Source: Candidatus Latescibacterota bacterium (GTDB lineage: Bacteria > Latescibacterota > UBA2968 > UBA8231). From it: a DNA stretch of 64,000 nucleotides. Of the stretch, positions 58,003 to 64,000 are shown piece by piece. Where the stretch lies: the NCBI GenBank assembly GCA_964291625.2, contig OZ220089.1, positions 4,608,001 to 4,672,000 of the forward strand. The letters run 5' to 3'. Made by a program: the position numbers and the translations under genes. Positions within the stretch are counted from its first letter, which is position 1. Each line of letters opens with the position of its first letter. The notes below the pieces were generated by a model, which saw nothing but the letters and a program-made list of their open reading frames with translations, was not told the DNA's origin and searched no databases.

Positions 58003-58026
58003 CGCTTGGAGGGGGCGCCGTACATT
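57999..58026 (+). promoter_or_regulatory. Putative promoter of the CBS-korAB operon
   Basis: TTGACG-N16-TACATT followed by a T-rich stretch. Confidence 0.5.
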
Positions 58027-58047
58027 CTTGCGGTTGTTGATTTTACC

Positions 58048-58085
58048 GTCGATCCCCCCTCGGACTGTCGATCCCCCCTGGGACT
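58048..58085. repeat. 19-bp tandem repeat in the leader
   Basis: GTCGATCCCCCCTCGGACT then GTCGATCCCCCCTGGGACT (one mismatch). Confidence 0.85.
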
Positions 58086-58086
58086 G

Positions 58087-58557
58087 ATGAATCTGGTCGA
58101 AGACCTGCGCGACGAGCGGATCTCCCACCTCGATCTGAGCGGATCCGTTCAGGTTTCGGGCGATCCCGCGGTTGCCGAAGTCCTGGCCGCCATGCGCGAA
58201 GCCCGGGCGAGCGCGGCTCTCATCGTGGGGGACGAGGGCCGTCTCGAAGGGATCTTCACCGAACGGGACGTCCTCCTGAAGGTGGCCGACGCCCCGGCCC
58301 GCCTGAAGGTCCCCGTGCGCGAGCTCATGACGCCCGACCCGCAGACCGTCTCTCCCGACGATACAGCCGGCCACGCCCTGCACTTCATGCGCGCGGGACA
58401 CTACCGCAACGTACCCGTCCTCGACGCCGATGGCCGCGTGGTGGGAAATCTCAGCCAGCACGGCATCATCCGTTTCCTCACCGATCACTTTCCCCGTGAG
58501 GTCTACAACCTCCCTCCCGATCCGGAGTTGATTGCGCGCACCCGGGAGGGAGCCTGA
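58087..58557 (+). CDS. CBS-pair protein
   Basis: GIFTERD, LMTPDP, YRNVPV; ends REGA. Confidence 0.88.
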   Translation: MNLVEDLRDERISHLDLSGSVQVSGDPAVAEVLAAMREARASAALIVGDEGRLEGIFTERDVLLKVADAPARLKVPVRELMTPDPQTVSPDDTAGHALHFMRAGHYRNVPVLDADGRVVGNLSQHGIIRFLTDHFPREVYNLPPDPELIARTREGA

Positions 58558-58613
58558 CAACCCGTGGCTCCCCAAGGCCCGCGAACCATCCCCGCCCAGC
58601 AGGAGGACCTTTG

Positions 58614-60485
58614 ATGACCGAGACGCCGGCCGCCGAGCCGTCCGCCGTGCGTGACGCGACCACGCGCCGACACGATTCCGTCGTCATCCGCTTCTCGGGC
58701 GACTCCGGTGACGGCATGCAGCTCACCGGGGACCAGTTCACCAACACCTCCGCCGTCCTGGGCAACGACGTGTCGACGTTTCCGGACTTTCCCGCCGAGA
58801 TCCGGGCTCCGGCCGGGACCATTCCCGGGCTGTCCGGGTTCCAGGTCAACTTCTCATCCACCGAGATCTACACCGCCGGCGACGAGCCCCAGGTGCTGGT
58901 GGCCATGAACCCGGCGGCCATCACGGCCAATCTCGAGGATCTGCGGCCCGGAGGGGTAATCATCGTCAACGAGGACGCCTTCACGCGCAACAACCTGCGC
59001 AAGGCGGGGTACGCCTCCTCCCCCCTCGACGACGACAGCCTGCGCGGATACGAGGTGCATCGCGTTCCCCTCACCACCCTGACGCGCAACGCGCTGGCGG
59101 ACGTGGAGGGGATGACGACGCAGCAGAAGGACCTGTGCAAGAACGCCTTCGCCCTGGGGCTGGCGTTCTGGCTCTTCGACCGTCCCCTCGAGACAACGCT
59201 GAACTTCTACGAGAAGAAGTTCGCCAAGCGCCCCCAGGTGGTGGAGGCCAACACCCGGGCCCTGAAGGCGGGATACGCCTTCGGAGAGACGTCGGAGGCG
59301 TTCTCGGGGCGCATGCAGGTGCCGAGCCGCACCGAGGTCGAGGCCGGGACCTACCGCCGGATCACCGGCAACGAGGCAGTCGTCCTCGGCCTCGCGGCGG
59401 CGGCCCACAAGGCGGGCAAGCCGCTGTTCTACGGCAGCTACCCCATCACCCCGGCGAGCCCGATCCTCGAGGGCCTGGCCGCCCTCAAGTCCTTCGACGT
59501 GCGCACCTTCCAGGCGGAGGACGAGATCGCCGCCATCGGCTCGGTCATCGGCGCCGCCTTCGGCGGAGCCTTGGCCGCTACCGCCTCCAGCGGGCCCGGC
59601 ATCGCCCTGAAGAGCGAAGGGATCAACCTCGCCGTGGTCCTCGAGCTGCCCATGGTGATCGTCAACGTGCAGCGCGGCGGCCCGAGCACGGGTCTGCCCA
59701 CCAAGACCGAGCAGGCGGACCTGCTCGAGGTGCTCTTCGGGCGCAACGGCGAGAGTCCGATGCCCGTCCTGGCGGCGGCGACCTCGGCCGATTGCTTCGA
59801 CCTGACCATCGAGGCCTGCCGGATCGCGGTCCGCCACATGACGCCGGTCTTCCTCCTGTCCGACGGCTACCTGGCCAACAACTCCGAGCCTTGGAGGATC
59901 CCCGACGTCGATTCCATCCCCCCCATCGAGGCCGCCCATCGGACCGACCCCGACGGATACCAGCCCTACATGCGCGATCCCCATACCCTCGCCCGGCCGT
60001 GGGTGCTGCCGGGGACCCCGGGGCTGGAGCACCGGATCGGGGGTCTCGGCAAGCAGGACGGCAGCGGCAACGTCTCCTACGACCCCGAGGACCACGAGGA
60101 GATCGTCCGCATCCGCGCCGACAAGGTGGCCCGCGTGGCCGACTCCATCCCCGAGGCGGAGGTCTTCGGCCCCGATCAGGGCGACCTGCTGGTCATCGGG
60201 TGGGGCGGGACCTTCGGGGCCATCCGGGCGGCGACGGAGCACATGCAGCAGCAGGGCCGGTCCGTGGCCAGCCTTCACCTGCGCCACCTGAACCCTTTTC
60301 CGAGGAACCTGGGCAACGTCATCGGCCGCTACCGTCAGGTGCTGGTGCCCGAGCTCAACATGGGGCAGCTGGCGATGCTGCTCCAGGCCCGGTTCCCGGT
60401 GCGGGTGGTGAGCCTCAACAAGGTTCAGGGGCAGCCCTTCAAGATCCGTGAGATCTCCGACAAGATCCGGTCGATCCTCGACTGA
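58614..60485 (+). CDS. korA: 2-oxoacid:ferredoxin oxidoreductase alpha subunit (gamma-alpha fusion)
   Basis: GDSGDGMQLTG, YPITP, QAEDE, QRGGPSTG.PTK. Confidence 0.93.
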   Translation: MTETPAAEPSAVRDATTRRHDSVVIRFSGDSGDGMQLTGDQFTNTSAVLGNDVSTFPDFPAEIRAPAGTIPGLSGFQVNFSSTEIYTAGDEPQVLVAMNPAAITANLEDLRPGGVIIVNEDAFTRNNLRKAGYASSPLDDDSLRGYEVHRVPLTTLTRNALADVEGMTTQQKDLCKNAFALGLAFWLFDRPLETTLNFYEKKFAKRPQVVEANTRALKAGYAFGETSEAFSGRMQVPSRTEVEAGTYRRITGNEAVVLGLAAAAHKAGKPLFYGSYPITPASPILEGLAALKSFDVRTFQAEDEIAAIGSVIGAAFGGALAATASSGPGIALKSEGINLAVVLELPMVIVNVQRGGPSTGLPTKTEQADLLEVLFGRNGESPMPVLAAATSADCFDLTIEACRIAVRHMTPVFLLSDGYLANNSEPWRIPDVDSIPPIEAAHRTDPDGYQPYMRDPHTLARPWVLPGTPGLEHRIGGLGKQDGSGNVSYDPEDHEEIVRIRADKVARVADSIPEAEVFGPDQGDLLVIGWGGTFGAIRAATEHMQQQGRSVASLHLRHLNPFPRNLGNVIGRYRQVLVPELNMGQLAMLLQARFPVRVVSLNKVQGQPFKIREISDKIRSILD

Positions 60486-60506
60486 CGAACCCGGCGGAGC
60501 CAGCAG

Positions 60507-61523
<1,017 letters not shown>

Positions 61524-61529
61524 CCCCCC

Positions 61530-62075
61530 ATGATGGAGGCCGCCTCCCAAGTCGCCTTGTGCCCGGCCTGTGGGCACTCCAACATGGCAGGGACGGACCC
61601 GTGCGAGGAGTGCGGCCAGAGCCTCGTCGCCCCCGCGGAGGTCGAGGAGGGGGAGTCCTCGATCCTGCTGCAACCGCTTCTGAGCCTCAACCCCCGCCTT
61701 CCCGAGAGCGTCGAGCGCCACACCTCGCTGGCAGAGGCGATCTCGCGGCTCAAGGGCCGCAACGTGGGCTGCGTGCTGGTCACCAACCCCGGCGGCGAGC
61801 TCGTGGGGATCTTCACCGAGCGCGACGTGCTCTACCGCGTGGCCGGCCTGATCGAGAACCTGGAGGCGGTGCCGGTGGAGAGCCTGATGACGCCCGGACC
61901 GACGGCGCTGAAGCCCTCCGACCCGGTCAGCCGCGCCCTCCACATGATGGCGGTCCACGGCTTCCGCCATGTGCCGCTGGTGGACGAGGACGGGTGCCCC
62001 GTGGGATTCATCTCCCTGCGGGACATCCTCATCTTCATGGAAGAGAACTTCACGCGCCCCGGGGACGATCGCTGA
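61530..62075 (+). CDS. CBS-pair protein with N-terminal zinc ribbon
   Basis: CPAC-x9-CEEC, GIFTERD, FRHVPLV. Confidence 0.88.
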   Translation: MMEAASQVALCPACGHSNMAGTDPCEECGQSLVAPAEVEEGESSILLQPLLSLNPRLPESVERHTSLAEAISRLKGRNVGCVLVTNPGGELVGIFTERDVLYRVAGLIENLEAVPVESLMTPGPTALKPSDPVSRALHMMAVHGFRHVPLVDEDGCPVGFISLRDILIFMEENFTRPGDDR

Positions 62076-62106
62076 GCGTGTCCCCGCGGGGCGAGGGGAG
62101 CAGCCC

Positions 62107-62577
62107 ATGAGGCGGATATCAGGCTTTGCCGCCGCCCTCGGCCTTCTCTTCGGGGCCCTTCCGGCGGCCTCGGAGCTCGCCGACGTCGAGCTGGACAAGC
62201 CCAGGACCGTAACCCAGAGGGAGTGGCTCAGCCTGCGCCTGCAGGTGCTCGGGCTGCAGGTCTCCTATCCCGCCTACCGCGTCGGGCTCGAGCTCGCCGA
62301 GGGCAACAAGGTGCGCTTCGTCCTGTGGATAAGCACCCCCATGGCGGAGCATCTCCAGGAGTCCGGCCGCCGGGAGTCGGCGCGCCTCCTCAGCTACCAT
62401 GCCGAGGGCATTCGCACCCGGGTGGAAGAGATGCTCGAAGCGGACTTCCCGAGCCTGTGGAAGGGCTACCAGGAGCGCTCCGACTTCGGCGGGGAATTCA
62501 TGGCTCCGGGCGACGAGGTGGAGGATCCGCCTCAGCGCTGGGCGCGCTGGCACAAGGGCGCCTTTCGCTGGGACTGA
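62107..62577 (+). CDS. Hypothetical exported protein
   Basis: GGAG RBS, signal peptide MRRISGFAAALGLLFGALPAAS, typical codon usage. Confidence 0.65.
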   Translation: MRRISGFAAALGLLFGALPAASELADVELDKPRTVTQREWLSLRLQVLGLQVSYPAYRVGLELAEGNKVRFVLWISTPMAEHLQESGRRESARLLSYHAEGIRTRVEEMLEADFPSLWKGYQERSDFGGEFMAPGDEVEDPPQRWARWHKGAFRWD

Positions 62578-62592
62578 AGGCCCTCCGACCCC

Positions 62593-62829
62593 TCACTCGG
62601 GGTCGCGAGTCGATCCGATGCCCTCCACCGATTCGGCCAGGGTGATCGTCTTGTCGATCACCGGCCTCTCGGTGGTGATGATCCAGCCCTCGATCGTCTC
62701 TCCGAAGACGACGATCTGCTTCGGCGCCGCCTCGATCAATCCCGCCTTGCCGCCGTGCCGCTCCCGGTCGACGCAGAAGAAGGTGTGACGGCGGGTCACG
62801 CCTCTCTCTTCGATCTCGGTCCCTGACAT
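62593..62829 (-). CDS. Small hypothetical protein (78 aa)
   Basis: Starts 2 nt after the hemE stop with a GGAGAG RBS; strong GC3 bias. Confidence 0.6.
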   Translation of the reverse strand: MSGTEIEERGVTRRHTFFCVDRERHGGKAGLIEAAPKQIVVFGETIEGWIITTERPVIDKTITLAESVEGIGSTRDPE

Positions 62830-62831
62830 TC

Positions 62832-63896
62832 TCAGCTCTCCCGGCCGTATCCCTGAACCGTCTCGACCAGCCGGACCACGCTGGCGTACGGGGTCTCCGG
62901 ATGGACCCCGTGGCCCAGGTTGAACAGGTGAGGGTACCCCTCCGTGGTCCGCAGCAGCCGGCCGACCTCCTCCTCCACCCGGTCGGGGTGGGCGAAGAGC
63001 CGCGCCGGGTCGAGGTTTCCCTGCAGGGGGATCCGGCCCTCCCAGCGACGGAACAGGGCGCCCAGGTCGGTGCGCCAGTCCAGGGAGAGGACATCCGCGC
63101 CGACCCGGTCGAGGGCGTCGACGAGGTGGGCGGAGTGGTTGGCGTAGTAGATGGCCGGCACGCCAAGGGCGTCGAGGTGGCGGAAGATGCGCTGTAGACG
63201 GGGGAGGACGACGGACTCGAAGTCGGCCAGCGACAGGCTCCCCACCCAGGTGTCGAACAACTGCAGGGCCTGGGCGCCGGCGCGGACCTGCATGGACAGG
63301 TAGTCGATGCTCACCTCGGTGAGCCTGTCGAGCAGGCCCAGGGCGGTGGACGGGTCGCCGTGCAGCAGCCGCCGGTAGCCGGTGAACTCCCGCGAGCGGG
63401 GCCCGCCCTCGGCCATGTAGGTGGCCAGGGTGAAAGGCGCCCCCGCGAATCCGATCAGGGGGATCCCGGGGGGGAGCCGCTGGCGCACGCGGCCGATCGT
63501 CTCGGCCACGTGGCCGAGGTCGCGCTCCGAGTCGATCTCCCGCAGCCGTGCCAGGTCCGCCGCGCCGGCCACGTGGTACTCGAGGATCGGAGCAGGCGAG
63601 AAGGTGACGGCGCAGCCCATGGGATCGACGGGCGTGAAGATGTCGGCGAAGAGGATGGCGGCATCGACGCCGAGGAGCTCGATCGGCATGAGGGTTACGT
63701 CGGCGGCCACCGCGGGATCCCGGAACATGGCCTCCATCGAGCCGATGCGCTTCTTGAGTTCGCGGTACGGGGACAGGATGCGTCCGGCCTGACGCATGAG
63801 CCAGACGGGCCGCCGGGAGCCGGCGCGTCCGCGGCAGGCGGCGAGAAACAGGGGCTCTTCGGCGGGCGCTTCGAGGCTCGGGGAGGGGAGGGTCAA
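62832..63896 (-). CDS. hemE: Uroporphyrinogen decarboxylase
   Basis: PVWLMRQAGR, DAAILF.DI, GAPFTLATY, QGNLDP, NLGHG. Confidence 0.95.
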   Translation of the reverse strand: MTLPSPSLEAPAEEPLFLAACRGRAGSRRPVWLMRQAGRILSPYRELKKRIGSMEAMFRDPAVAADVTLMPIELLGVDAAILFADIFTPVDPMGCAVTFSPAPILEYHVAGAADLARLREIDSERDLGHVAETIGRVRQRLPPGIPLIGFAGAPFTLATYMAEGGPRSREFTGYRRLLHGDPSTALGLLDRLTEVSIDYLSMQVRAGAQALQLFDTWVGSLSLADFESVVLPRLQRIFRHLDALGVPAIYYANHSAHLVDALDRVGADVLSLDWRTDLGALFRRWEGRIPLQGNLDPARLFAHPDRVEEEVGRLLRTTEGYPHLFNLGHGVHPETPYASVVRLVETVQGYGRES

Positions 63897-63912
63897 CGCG
63901 CCGGCCGGAGGA

Positions 63913-64000
63913 TCACTTCCCGGGCTCGATCATCCACTCGGGAAGGGTGATGCGGTAGCGGCAGACATCCTCCTGGGGCGCCAGGCGGATGCCCTCCGCC
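63913..64000 (-). CDS. 3' end of an unidentified gene (partial)
   Basis: Open frame ...AEGIRLAPQEDVCRYRITLPEWMIEPGK* with typical codons, ending 16 nt before hemE. Confidence 0.45.
   Translation of the reverse strand, partial: AEGIRLAPQEDVCRYRITLPEWMIEPGK

Overview
High-GC bacterial chromosome window made up almost entirely of core genes. The gene orders rplM-rpsI-rpsB-tsf-frr, hrcA-grpE-dnaJ and queA-ispDF-dedA suggest an FCB-group lineage such as Latescibacterota or Gemmatimonadota; this is inference. It contains a heat-shock operon extended by Mrp and an orphan NuoB, an RNase HII-YraN fusion, ribosomal and translation-factor genes, tRNA-Ala(UGC), and a cysK/MerR/iscA/iscS/moeB sulfur and Fe-S cluster. 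Further on are a pruned dcw cluster (no mraY, murD, murG, murB, ddl or ftsA here), kptA-glnB-glnE, a degenerate UvrA paralog, a CBS-korAB-CBS operon and hemE. I saw no CRISPR array, transposase or prophage. The most striking observation is a ~217-nt rod-like RNA fold of roughly 70 bp written inside the intact murF coding sequence (38167-38383), with atypical codons and a TATATT box just upstream. It is a candidate ncRNA or cis-regulatory structure overlapping an essential gene. Also notable are micro-ORFs coupled to both neighbours at the positions where pyrH and ftsA normally lie, and a Cys-rich MerR regulator heading Fe-S genes. Two homopolymer frameshifts (ispDF, DegT) are probably long-read errors.
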